From the NCBI GenBank assembly GCA_028283505.1, contig JAPOFX010000001.1, positions 137,127-201,126 on the forward strand: a DNA stretch of 64,000 nt, read 5' to 3'. The position numbers and the translations under genes are program-made. Below, in pieces: positions 19,931-29,118 of the stretch (position 1 is the first letter of the stretch; every line of letters starts with the position of its first letter). The notes under the pieces are model-generated. The model saw only the letters and a list, made by a program, of their open reading frames with translations, was not told the DNA's origin and searched no databases. The DNA comes from Candidatus Poseidoniales archaeon. Lineage in GTDB: Archaea; Thermoplasmatota; Poseidoniia; Poseidoniales; Thalassarchaeaceae.

Positions 19931-19932
19931 AC

Positions 19933-20913
19933 TTAGCCCTCCAGTAGGGCACTACATGCTCTTCTGGTTAGAACTTTGACCATTTTTTTCCTGTAAGAGG
20001 GCGGATACCAAGTGTTTAGGACAGGCTTCACCGACCTTCTGACAGACTCAGATAACTTGGTCACACTATCTTTGCCATCCCATCCTTCCAAAGCCTCCAT
20101 GGCCTGTTCAGTGTGTAACACGGGCACGGACTCCAAACCGGTCGTTGCTACACGCAAATCTTCGATGATGCCCCCCTCTCTTTTCCATGTCACTGCGACT
20201 CCTGCTTCAGGGAAATCCCAGCTTTCTCTCTGTCTTAGTTTCTGATAATCTCCTTCCCATTCAAATAGGTCCTCAGGGAAGGTGACATGTGTCACTATTT
20301 CACCTTCCCTTAGCACGTTTCTAGTCATCCCATCAAGTCTGAAGAACTCATTAATTGGCATCTCTCTGGATTCATCGTGTGACGAAAGGTGTATGGTCGC
20401 ACCAAGGCACATCAGAACGGGAGCCAAATCAGCCTGGTATGTTGCAACACATAGGTCGTTCTGATTAGGAATTACTCTACAGTCTGCCCCAGTTCCACAA
20501 TCACATTTATGGCACCAATCTATAGACTCCCGCCACTCCTCAGTTTGATTGTACCAGAAGCACCTAGTATCGAGACAGATATTTCCTCCCAATGTCGCGG
20601 ATCTCCTGACCATCACGCTAGCTATCTTGCTGGCAGTTTGGGAGATTAAAGGATGAATAGAATCCGACTCAACTATTTCCTGAAGGCTTACCATGGCTCC
20701 TATTCTGAGTGGCGAAATTACATACAATTCATCGATTCCTGATAGTGAGATCACATCCTTCTTGGTATTGATGTGCCATTTGTAATTTGGAATAATATCG
20801 GTACCTCCTGAAATCCAGTCGTACTCCCTTCCCTCTGATGATAATTCTGAGGCTTTTGATAGTGCTTCATTCAACGTACTTGGGGTGTGTAAGTTGAACG
20901 GTGGCATCCTCAC
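19933..20913 (-). CDS. hcrB: Xanthine-dehydrogenase-family FAD subunit with [4Fe-4S] insert (4-hydroxybenzoyl-CoA reductase beta-like)
   Basis: SGGTDII, ATLGGNICLDTRCFWYNQTEEWR...C.K..C..DC.V......C.ATYQADLAP Cys-rich insert, as recalled for HcrB. Confidence 0.8.
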   Translation of the reverse strand: MRMPPFNLHTPSTLNEALSKASELSSEGREYDWISGGTDIIPNYKWHINTKKDVISLSGIDELYVISPLRIGAMVSLQEIVESDSIHPLISQTASKIASVMVRRSATLGGNICLDTRCFWYNQTEEWRESIDWCHKCDCGTGADCRVIPNQNDLCVATYQADLAPVLMCLGATIHLSSHDESREMPINEFFRLDGMTRNVLREGEIVTHVTFPEDLFEWEGDYQKLRQRESWDFPEAGVAVTWKREGGIIEDLRVATTGLESVPVLHTEQAMEALEGWDGKDSVTKLSESVRRSVKPVLNTWYPPSYRKKMVKVLTRRACSALLEG

Positions 20914-23741
20914 TCCACATCACCCCTATACCTTCTCTCCGTGTGCTTCCATGCGCTTCCAGCTAAACCGGGATCTTCTAAATAACCATCCGGGGGTATT
21001 ACTACCGCTGCCCATCTTGAGTCTTGTTCGTCTCCGGGAATCTCAGGGTCTAGTCCGAAAAGGGCCCCATTGTGATAGGGGGATGGGCTATCTGTAAGCC
21101 TTCTTTCCTTATCCCTTTTTGAGTGATCGATTGACCTTCTTTGCAGAGTTTCCTGCAGGGATGTAAACTCCAGTCTGGGAGGGGCCATGTCTGATGGTTC
21201 CCCAATCCCCTCAGATTTGCACCTTCTCTCGATCGCCTTGTACAATCTGTCTGGTGTGATCGGAAGCTCACTAACCCTTACCCCGATAGCATCGTAAACA
21301 GCGTTAACAACCGCTGGAAGTATGGGAAGCAGAGGCCCCTCCCCAGCTTCCTTAGCGCCAAACGGACCTTCAGGATCATTGGACTCAACGATTATCGGAG
21401 TGACATCTGGCATCTCATGAACCGTGGGTATCTTGTAATCCAAGAGGTCAGGATTCAGAAGATGCCCCGTCCGGCCATACTTCATCTCTTCACTGAGGAC
21501 TTGCCCCAACCCCATGTGGCACGAACCAATAATCTGGCCCTCCACGGCCAACGGGTTGAGTGCCTTACCGCAATCATGAGCTGCCCAGACTTTCGTAACC
21601 TTAGTTTGCCCCGTCTCTACGTCCACATCAACCTCCGCGACATAAGCAGAAAATGAGTACGCAGGAGCAAGTCCGGCAGCTGCGCCTTTGTGTGCCCTTC
21701 CCATCGGGGGTGTACGGTACGAACCCGAGGAAACCAATGCCCCCTTGTCTTCTTGGGCCTTATGTAAGGCTTCCAAGTAAGAAACGCCAACTGCGGGATC
21801 TCTTTTGTCGAAGATTCGACGATCACCGATTACTAGACCCTCGATTTTCGAACCGGTAATTTCACTTGTCGCCTCCAATAACTCGTTCCTTATCTCCATT
21901 GCCGCTGAAATAGCCGCATTGGCATTCATGAAAGTTACTCTCGATGAGTAGGAGCCCAGATCAACCGGAGAAGTGTCACTTTCCTTGCTTCTGACTCTGA
22001 TCATGTCGAGAGGGAGGCCCAGAACTTCAGCCACCGATTGAGCTACAACCGTATCAGATCCCTGGCCTATGTCGGCGGCACCAGTATGGACAGTGACTCC
22101 TCCGTCCATATCGATTTTCAAGTGAACTGTGGCGTGAGGGAACTTGTTTGGGTCCCAATGTATCGGGAGGCCACTTCCAGAGATAAAGAACCCGCAACCT
22201 ATTCCTATGCCCTTCCCAAGAGGCATCTTTCTGAATTTTTCATCCCATCCGGACTCTTCTTTCACCCTTTCAAGACATTCCCTCATACCTATGCTTGTGA
22301 CTCTAAATCCAGTAATCGTGGCACTGTGAGGGGGCAGTAGATTTGCAAGCCTGAAATCAATTGGATCAACCCCAAGCTGTTCAGCCAAATCATCAATCCC
22401 AGTTTCCACGGCGCACCTCGAATTCACCGCGCCATGGCCCCTCATGGCACCACTGGCTGGCTTATTGGTCCACACCCTGGCGCCAGTATAATGGAAAGCT
22501 CCAATTTCATAGGGTGCAGTATGGAGAACTCCGTTGTAATAGGTAGTCACATGTCCGAACGATGCAAAAGCACCTCCATCAATCAGGGCATCGGTCTCTA
22601 TGCCACAGAGTCGACCCTCTGAATCCGCATGCAAAGACATTGATATCTTCGAAGGGTGCCTCCCTCTGTTTACCCAGAAAACCTCCTCCCTGTCGAAATT
22701 AATCCTCACAGGCCTGCCTGTCTTCCTAGCTAGAATAGCCGCGCACATTTCGTGAGGGAAAGGGTCCGACTTCCCGCCAAACCCTCCTCCTACGAATGTC
22801 CTGTACACATTTATCTGATGCATAGGGATGTCCAATACGTCGGCAAGAGCTCTGTGCAAGTAGTGAGGCACCTGTTGAGGAGTGTAAAGCGTCAATCTGC
22901 CAGAAGGGTCCCAGTGAGCCACGACTGCGTGTGGCTCAGTAAACCCATGATTAACCCCGGTGAAAGTCCAGTTTGACTCGTGAGAGGCTAAAGAACTATC
23001 TTTCATATCAGAAATATTTCCAAACTGCTGGAACACCCTTTTCTGTACGTTTGAATCACCAATATGGTATTTGCCTCGGTCATGAATCGGGTTTTCGGAA
23101 TCTTCCAGCCCCTGCTTAATATCATGAATGGAATCAAGGACCTCGTATTCTACCTCAATCAATCTACATGCCTCTCTAGCTGTAGGCTCATCAATAGCCG
23201 CGACACATGCCACTAGATCTCCGACATGTCTGACTTTCTCTACAGCCATGGCGTGCTCGTCTTTGGTAACCGGAAGGACACCAAACTTCCCCGGGGCGTC
23301 TTCCCCAGTAGCTACTCCCAAAACTCCTGGCAACTCTAGTGCTTTACTGATATCGATAGAGAGTACTCTGGCATAATGGTGAGGACTTCTCAGGATTCTC
23401 CCGATTACCTCTCCCTGGAGCCTGATGTCATCTCCATATTTTGCCTGGCCAGTTACTTTCCAATTACTGTCCACTAGGGAAGTGGGTTTTCCGATTACTT
23501 GGCCACTCACCAAGTCATCATGCCTGTGTGGCCCCCATGGCTGTTTCAAAGAACCCCCTTGTGATTCAGGAATTCTCGAGTAATCAGTCGGTTTGGAGAA
23601 ACGATTTCTACCCCCTGAACCCGGCTTAGAGAACGGTAGCTTACCGGGTTGTTGTCTGTATCCAACCATCTCACCCGATTCCGAAGTAACATCTCTTTCG
23701 GAAGCTTCCTTACTTTTGATCGAACGGTCATTATCTGACAT
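20910..23741 (-). CDS. hcrA: Molybdopterin-binding large subunit (4-hydroxybenzoyl-CoA reductase alpha-like)
   Basis: KVTGQAKY, GGGFGGK, GAMRGHG, PHATVHLKIDMDGG.TGAADIGQGS, GSYSSRVTFM, GPFGAKEAGEG; N- and C-terminal extensions. Confidence 0.78.
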   Translation of the reverse strand: MSDNDRSIKSKEASERDVTSESGEMVGYRQQPGKLPFSKPGSGGRNRFSKPTDYSRIPESQGGSLKQPWGPHRHDDLVSGQVIGKPTSLVDSNWKVTGQAKYGDDIRLQGEVIGRILRSPHHYARVLSIDISKALELPGVLGVATGEDAPGKFGVLPVTKDEHAMAVEKVRHVGDLVACVAAIDEPTAREACRLIEVEYEVLDSIHDIKQGLEDSENPIHDRGKYHIGDSNVQKRVFQQFGNISDMKDSSLASHESNWTFTGVNHGFTEPHAVVAHWDPSGRLTLYTPQQVPHYLHRALADVLDIPMHQINVYRTFVGGGFGGKSDPFPHEMCAAILARKTGRPVRINFDREEVFWVNRGRHPSKISMSLHADSEGRLCGIETDALIDGGAFASFGHVTTYYNGVLHTAPYEIGAFHYTGARVWTNKPASGAMRGHGAVNSRCAVETGIDDLAEQLGVDPIDFRLANLLPPHSATITGFRVTSIGMRECLERVKEESGWDEKFRKMPLGKGIGIGCGFFISGSGLPIHWDPNKFPHATVHLKIDMDGGVTVHTGAADIGQGSDTVVAQSVAEVLGLPLDMIRVRSKESDTSPVDLGSYSSRVTFMNANAAISAAMEIRNELLEATSEITGSKIEGLVIGDRRIFDKRDPAVGVSYLEALHKAQEDKGALVSSGSYRTPPMGRAHKGAAAGLAPAYSFSAYVAEVDVDVETGQTKVTKVWAAHDCGKALNPLAVEGQIIGSCHMGLGQVLSEEMKYGRTGHLLNPDLLDYKIPTVHEMPDVTPIIVESNDPEGPFGAKEAGEGPLLPILPAVVNAVYDAIGVRVSELPITPDRLYKAIERRCKSEGIGEPSDMAPPRLEFTSLQETLQRRSIDHSKRDKERRLTDSPSPYHNGALFGLDPEIPGDEQDSRWAAVVIPPDGYLEDPGLAGSAWKHTERRYRGDVE

Positions 23742-24359
23742 CTACTCACTCCCTGAGAACCCGGGATGAGGATCACTCTTTGATGAAGTAGAGTTGCCAA
23801 CCCTTCTGCCAGAGACTAATATCTCTGACGCTTTGGAAATCGACTCAACTATTTGTTGATAACCGGTACATCTGCATAGATTTCCTTCGATTGCAGTCTT
23901 TATCTCCGCTTCAGAAGGAGAAGGATTTTTTTCTAGCAAGGCCGCTGAGACAACTAGGAAGCCAGGTGTGCAAAAGCCACATTGGCTCCCTCCGCAGTCG
24001 GCAAAAGTCTGCTGAATTGGATGCAAATGGTGGCCTGAAGATAGACCCTCTACAGTAGTGATTTCGCAATCCCTTACTTCTTGGGCCAGTACTAGACAGG
24101 AAAGCTTTGGAGTTCCATTTATCATCACACTACAGCAACCACATGTTCCCATGTCACATCCTCTTTTCGTACCCAAACTACCGGACTGATCCCTCAATAC
24201 GTCCAGGAGAATCGCATTGCTGTCTATGAAGAAGTCTACGTTTACACCGTTAACACTGGCATTCCATCTGACCTTATCGGGCCCGGGAACCAAAGGTAGG
24301 CTATACTGCACCACATGCTCACCAGAACAATCAACGACTTGAGTATTTTGTTCCCCCAT
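23742..24359 (-). CDS. hcrC: 2x[2Fe-2S] small subunit (HcrC/CoxS family)
   Basis: GTKRGCDMGTCGCCSV, SCL, QCGFCTPG, GNLCRCTGY. Confidence 0.85.
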   Translation of the reverse strand: MGEQNTQVVDCSGEHVVQYSLPLVPGPDKVRWNASVNGVNVDFFIDSNAILLDVLRDQSGSLGTKRGCDMGTCGCCSVMINGTPKLSCLVLAQEVRDCEITTVEGLSSGHHLHPIQQTFADCGGSQCGFCTPGFLVVSAALLEKNPSPSEAEIKTAIEGNLCRCTGYQQIVESISKASEILVSGRRVGNSTSSKSDPHPGFSGSE

Positions 24360-24365
24360 CTACTA

Positions 24366-25013
24366 TTACTGAATGTCTTCTAACACTTTCTTCATAATTT
24401 CAAACTCAGCTCTCTTCATGTGCTCACCTAACGTGCTTCTGGCCATGCCAAGTCCATCAGCAATATCTTTGAGTTTGATATCCGAATTAGGGTCAAAGTA
24501 ACCCATATTTATGGCGTAAGAGAGTACTTCCTTCTGCTTGTCTGTCAACCCATCAGTCCAACCATTTTTCTCTTCCTTTCTGAAAGAATTAACACTGATT
24601 TTATCCGGTGGAAGTACTACTCTAAGAAGAGATACGAACCTGCTTACAGAGCCAGAAAGTCCGGATAGCCTAAGCTCCATGCCTCTTGTCGAATCTATCC
24701 CGTATGGGGGGTATACTTGAATGTTCGATAGCTCAATAGCGGACTTAGCAAAGGGATGGCTACAAAGAATGCTCGCTACCAACAAATCTCCATCCTCCTC
24801 TAGAACTTCGATAACCTCTAGCCAACTGATTTCTGATAAGTCGGTAATCTCCCTTCCTTCTTTCATTCGTATTTCGGCTAGTTGAACGACTCCCCTTTCG
24901 CTGACAGAAAGATGACTCAGAACCTCTATACTTTCTGCGATCTTCAAGATGTTTGATATGTCACTTGAGCCGTGGAGAGATGAGATATTCCATCTTAGGT
25001 TTACTCTTCTCAT
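24366..25013 (-). CDS. Bat/HTH_10-type transcriptional regulator
   Basis: C-terminal LTDKQKEVLSYAINMGYFD...LKDIADGLGMARSTLGEHMKRAE; 6 bp upstream of hcrC. Confidence 0.88.
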   Translation of the reverse strand: MRRVNLRWNISSLHGSSDISNILKIAESIEVLSHLSVSERGVVQLAEIRMKEGREITDLSEISWLEVIEVLEEDGDLLVASILCSHPFAKSAIELSNIQVYPPYGIDSTRGMELRLSGLSGSVSRFVSLLRVVLPPDKISVNSFRKEEKNGWTDGLTDKQKEVLSYAINMGYFDPNSDIKLKDIADGLGMARSTLGEHMKRAEFEIMKKVLEDIQ

Positions 25014-25077
25014 ACAATTCTCAACGACTTTATCTTATTGAAACCAACGGTCTGAGAATATATACGAAAAATACAAT

Positions 25078-26298
25078 TTACGTCCAATAAGCCTCTCTGA
25101 TCGCTTGATTTGTTTCCATACACAGTACTACGTCAGACGGCCTCTCATCCATCTGTTGTCCACCCCTCAGGTGATCGATAATTGGTTGCACATTGCTTTC
25201 ATTAACGACACCCCATCCAACTTGGGTGCATGGCGCTACGGGCGAAATAGGCATAGTCCCGGACAATGGGTCCCAGGTCGATGAAGAGGGGTACCAAGCA
25301 GACAAATTGAGAGCATCTCTCAGGTCATCATTCGTTACATTGAGTCCTTCCCCTGAGACTAAGAGTCCCATTCTGGTTATTGGGTCGGCTCCAGAAGAAT
25401 AGTCCCCGAACTCAGCCCTCAATGCCAGTATGATCTTCGATAGCAATCCCGCAGTCCTGGGAGTGGCAAATGATGTTCCTGAGGTCTCGTGGTATCCGTC
25501 GATATCGTCATGATTCGGTAGTATCTGGGTCCAATCGGCGGCAATGTCAGGGTAAGAACCACTCATTGTTTCCTTCTGATCATCCCCCTCCTCGGCATAT
25601 CCAGAAATCCCAATGCTCCAGGGCGGGCCAGCGGTTGAGTCTTGAACGGCAGGAGAAGGAGAGTTGTCAGCAGCGCCAGCATGAATCTTCTTATTTTCCA
25701 CAACGGCGACCCTTGTGGCATCTTCTATTCCGGGGACCGGAACAGATCCGATCGGCCCAAAACTGGTAGTAATTATATCTACAAGAGGCTGATTTGCGGC
25801 TGCCAGAACAGCAGCATCACTGAACCCTTCAACGAAAAATATCACTGCATCGGGGTTTGCATCCAGAACTGCCCCGGTAACTGCCGTTCCATGACCATCT
25901 TGGGGATCATCCAGTATTGGGATATCAGTCCCATCGTCAGGGGAGGTTCCGATTATTCTCGTGCCTCTAAACCAGACAATGTCAGAGGTGGTGATCTGGT
26001 CCCAGCAATCTTCCTTGTCGGCGTCATATCTTTCTTGCCAGGTTCCTTCGGTACTAATGTCACAGATCATTGTAACATTCAATCCCTCGAGAAGTGAGGA
26101 GGGAAAGGATTCGTTCATAATGAAGTGGTTGTGGTATACGTTAATTCCGGTATCAATTGGGGCGACAACGGTATATGCTTCCAAATCAGGTCTATCATCC
26201 GGCAATGGTACTGCAGTACCCTCCTCATCCCAAAGTATACAACCACTCAATAAAGGCAAAAGAAGAACCAACATAATGCCCTTCGCGGTGTACCTCAT
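25078..26298 (-). CDS. S8 (subtilisin-like) serine peptidase, lipoprotein
   Basis: Lipobox LSGC; catalytic triad IDTG / HGTAVTG / GTSFATP. Confidence 0.85.
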   Translation of the reverse strand: MRYTAKGIMLVLLLPLLSGCILWDEEGTAVPLPDDRPDLEAYTVVAPIDTGINVYHNHFIMNESFPSSLLEGLNVTMICDISTEGTWQERYDADKEDCWDQITTSDIVWFRGTRIIGTSPDDGTDIPILDDPQDGHGTAVTGAVLDANPDAVIFFVEGFSDAAVLAAANQPLVDIITTSFGPIGSVPVPGIEDATRVAVVENKKIHAGAADNSPSPAVQDSTAGPPWSIGISGYAEEGDDQKETMSGSYPDIAADWTQILPNHDDIDGYHETSGTSFATPRTAGLLSKIILALRAEFGDYSSGADPITRMGLLVSGEGLNVTNDDLRDALNLSAWYPSSSTWDPLSGTMPISPVAPCTQVGWGVVNESNVQPIIDHLRGGQQMDERPSDVVLCMETNQAIREAYWT

Positions 26299-26334
26299 GG
26301 ACCCCGGTGTCAGGGGTATAATTTCATACTTCGG

Positions 26335-27162
26335 CTATCTTGTCTTTCTATCGAATGATAGAATCTCGGCGCATATCGCCAATGCAATCTCCTCTGGGGT
26401 ATCGGCTCCGATATCGAGACCAATTGGGCATCTGGCTGGAGATAGTTTTTCCTCAGTCAATCCGGATTCAATCGCTGCCTTCCTGAAACCATTCCACTTT
26501 GTAGTGGAACCAATAACGCCTATTCGAGGAACGCCATCTAAGATTTTGAGCAGTCCTATGAGTAGTTCTTGATCCACGGACCAATCGTGACCTAGGACCA
26601 GTATATCCGAGAATCTTCTAATTGATGACACTGTCTCATTTCCCAGTAATTCATCAACTGAGCTACACAGAATCTCAGAGGCTTTAGGATATCTTTCCAG
26701 ATTAGAGTATTCGCTTCTGACATCAAAAACACTGTATTTCCAGCCAAGGGTTTCGCAAACTATCGACACAGACATGCCTACATGGCCACCTCCTGCAATC
26801 AATATGTGAGGGACAGGCTCAATCACTTCCAAAGACACCCTCAACTGACCCCCGCATAGACTGTCAAGGGCAACGGCCTCTTTTCCCTTCCCCTCTTTGT
26901 GCAGAATGTAGGTCTCAATTTTACCCCCTGTCTTCCTCATTTTGGATTTATCAATTGCTAACATTTCAATCAAGTTTCTCTCGATCTTCAATTCAAGCCC
27001 AGCACCACCCACGGTGCCGAATTTTTCACCCATGGAGGATATAGCTAACTTCGCCCCAGGTTTTCCCGGAACACTCCCCCTAGCCTCTATAACTGATGCC
27101 AAGGCAACCCTTTCTCCGTGATCCAATCTCTCGACGATCCAGGATAGTACGGCACGAGACAT
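26335..27162 (-). CDS. xdhC: XdhC/CoxF molybdenum-cofactor insertion chaperone
   Basis: GSVPGKPGAK, GTVGGAGLE, CGG, AGGGHV, GVIGS..K, PIGLDIGADTPEEIALAI. Confidence 0.92.
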   Translation of the reverse strand: MSRAVLSWIVERLDHGERVALASVIEARGSVPGKPGAKLAISSMGEKFGTVGGAGLELKIERNLIEMLAIDKSKMRKTGGKIETYILHKEGKGKEAVALDSLCGGQLRVSLEVIEPVPHILIAGGGHVGMSVSIVCETLGWKYSVFDVRSEYSNLERYPKASEILCSSVDELLGNETVSSIRRFSDILVLGHDWSVDQELLIGLLKILDGVPRIGVIGSTTKWNGFRKAAIESGLTEEKLSPARCPIGLDIGADTPEEIALAICAEILSFDRKTR

Positions 27163-27314
27163 GGTCAGGGGAAGGTAATGGTACACTTTGGATTTCCGCT
27201 AAATAGTTCTGTGAGAATATTAGATTCACTCTAACTCATTCGCCAAATATTTTCACTTGATATTGTTGATTTTATCATCTATAATTTGATATCCAGACAA
27301 TCATCCGTAGATAT

Positions 27315-28556
27315 ATGTCGTCAAGCATCACCCTTGACGAAGCTTTAGAAATTATTGTAATTTCGATGAGAGATGCATTTCTGGCAGTAACCGTATTCGT
27401 TGCTGCAATGGTCCTTTTATTCAGTTGGCTACAATATATCTCAGCTGGGAAATTCGTAATTTGGATTAGAGAGAACAGGAGTATCCAGCCTCTAATTGGT
27501 GCGATAATGGGACTAACTCCGGGTTGTGGAGGTGCGATAATTATAATGCCAATGTACACTAAAGGATATGTCACCTATGGGACCGTGATAGCTACACTTA
27601 TTGCCACTCTTGGTGATGCGGCCTTTGTCCTGATTGGGGCGGTTTTTCAGGATTTTTCATTCCTAGTGCCAGTTATTGCTGTACACTTAATCTCATTCGT
27701 CGTTGCGGTAATCTGGGGATTTACAGTCGATAGATTAGCGGTAACTCCTGCATCCCCATTAGGAATAATATGGAAAAAAGCTGATTATGAAACCCGCAAA
27801 GAAGACTACATCTCGGATCCTTTTGAAGAGAATGAAATAATTTCCGATATGCCCAGAGAGGCTCAAGATGGGTTTGGTTACAGAATTCTTCACCAGGGGT
27901 ATAGAATATGGTGGGTAGTAACAATCGTTGGTTTTTTGTTGGCGACCCTTCTTCTATTTTGGTACGCACAAGATCCCGAATACTCTCCCAACTTGGTCTG
28001 GGACCCATTCACACGTGACGGCCTGATAACTTGGGTCGGGTTCACAGGGACCCTTCTTTCTGTAATACTCTACATCTCATCAAAGAATTTCATACGGGAC
28101 GATACAGAGGCCACAATTGGGGACAAGCTGAACTCGTTTGATGAAACCCTGGTGCACGCTGCCTCCGAGACTGCTTTCGTTACATTTTGGGTGGTTTTGG
28201 CATATCTAATTTTTGAGTTCGGCTTGATATTCTCTGGAATTTCAGAAGCAGACCTAAGTGAAAGGGGAGCTGGAGCAGAGGCAATTGCGATAGCCGCCAT
28301 GATAGGACTGATTCCAGGTTGTGGGCCACAGATAATTGCAATTTCTGCGTATGTAGAGGGAATAGTTTCCTTCCCAGCACTGGTATCCAACGCAATATCG
28401 CAGGATGGGGATGCGCTATTCCCCCTTCTGGTAAGGCACAAGACAGCTTCAATTTGGGCAACGATTCACACCACGTTTCCTGCGTTATTAGTGGGGTTAA
28501 TATTCATGTGGATTCTTGGCGAATCTCACTTTCTCACAGAAATTCTACAGCCCTGA
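27315..28556 (+). CDS. Putative manganese/heavy-metal transporter (DUF2899-like, about 10 TM)
   Basis: Duplicated G..PGCG motifs (GLTPGCGGAI, GLIPGCGPQI), ATLGDAAF, NAISQDGDALFPL. Confidence 0.8.
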   Translation: MSSSITLDEALEIIVISMRDAFLAVTVFVAAMVLLFSWLQYISAGKFVIWIRENRSIQPLIGAIMGLTPGCGGAIIIMPMYTKGYVTYGTVIATLIATLGDAAFVLIGAVFQDFSFLVPVIAVHLISFVVAVIWGFTVDRLAVTPASPLGIIWKKADYETRKEDYISDPFEENEIISDMPREAQDGFGYRILHQGYRIWWVVTIVGFLLATLLLFWYAQDPEYSPNLVWDPFTRDGLITWVGFTGTLLSVILYISSKNFIRDDTEATIGDKLNSFDETLVHAASETAFVTFWVVLAYLIFEFGLIFSGISEADLSERGAGAEAIAIAAMIGLIPGCGPQIIAISAYVEGIVSFPALVSNAISQDGDALFPLLVRHKTASIWATIHTTFPALLVGLIFMWILGESHFLTEILQP

Positions 28557-29118
28557 GAAATCTGTCAACATCATCTTTCGTGTCTACATTTAGGTGCAGA
28601 AATCTATCATCAACAGGGATTCTTTGAGGGTAAATTACTTTGTTGAGTGGGATATCTGAAGGAGATTTTAGAATTCTGTTACAATCCTCTTCTGAAATCA
28701 GAAGCGGGTGCCCACCCCTTCCGTCAAATGTGGGGCATGTACTGGAAACTTTGCTCATAAGAAACTCGACAGTAGCCTTCGAGAAACCAGGCCTATCAAC
28801 CGGTACGATCAGAATTCTATCGGGCCCTCCAGAGTCCATTTTGAGGAATTTCAGACCTTCTTTGACAGTGCCCGTCCTCCCTGACTCAGGAGAGTAATTA
28901 ATGATGACCTCAATGTCACCAACTGATTCCTTAACTTTTTGATAAAGCTCATTTCTGGTCACAACGACGGGCGACAGTCCCAGCTCGGTTAACCTTCTAG
29001 AGATCCATGAAACTAGTGTTTCCTCTCCTACTTCAATCAGAGCCTTTGGATACCCAAGCCTACTGCTCTCTCCCGCGGCTAGAACTATACAACCAATTTC
29101 TGTCTCACTTATTTTCAC
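28534..29118 (-). CDS. mocA: Molybdenum cofactor nucleotidyltransferase (MocA/MobA-like)
   Basis: IVLAAGESSRLGYPKAL, PVDRP, GRGGHPLL, NVDT..D; near xdhC and hcr genes; start approximate. Confidence 0.8.
   Translation of the reverse strand: MKISETEIGCIVLAAGESSRLGYPKALIEVGEETLVSWISRRLTELGLSPVVVTRNELYQKVKESVGDIEVIINYSPESGRTGTVKEGLKFLKMDSGGPDRILIVPVDRPGFSKATVEFLMSKVSSTCPTFDGRGGHPLLISEEDCNRILKSPSDIPLNKVIYPQRIPVDDRFLHLNVDTKDDVDRFLRAVEFL

Noticed and set aside
19933..24359. Aerobic CO dehydrogenase (coxMSL)
   Set aside because: The active-site loop is GAMRGHG, not AYxCSFR or AYRGAGR, and the FAD subunit has an Fe-S insert absent from CoxM
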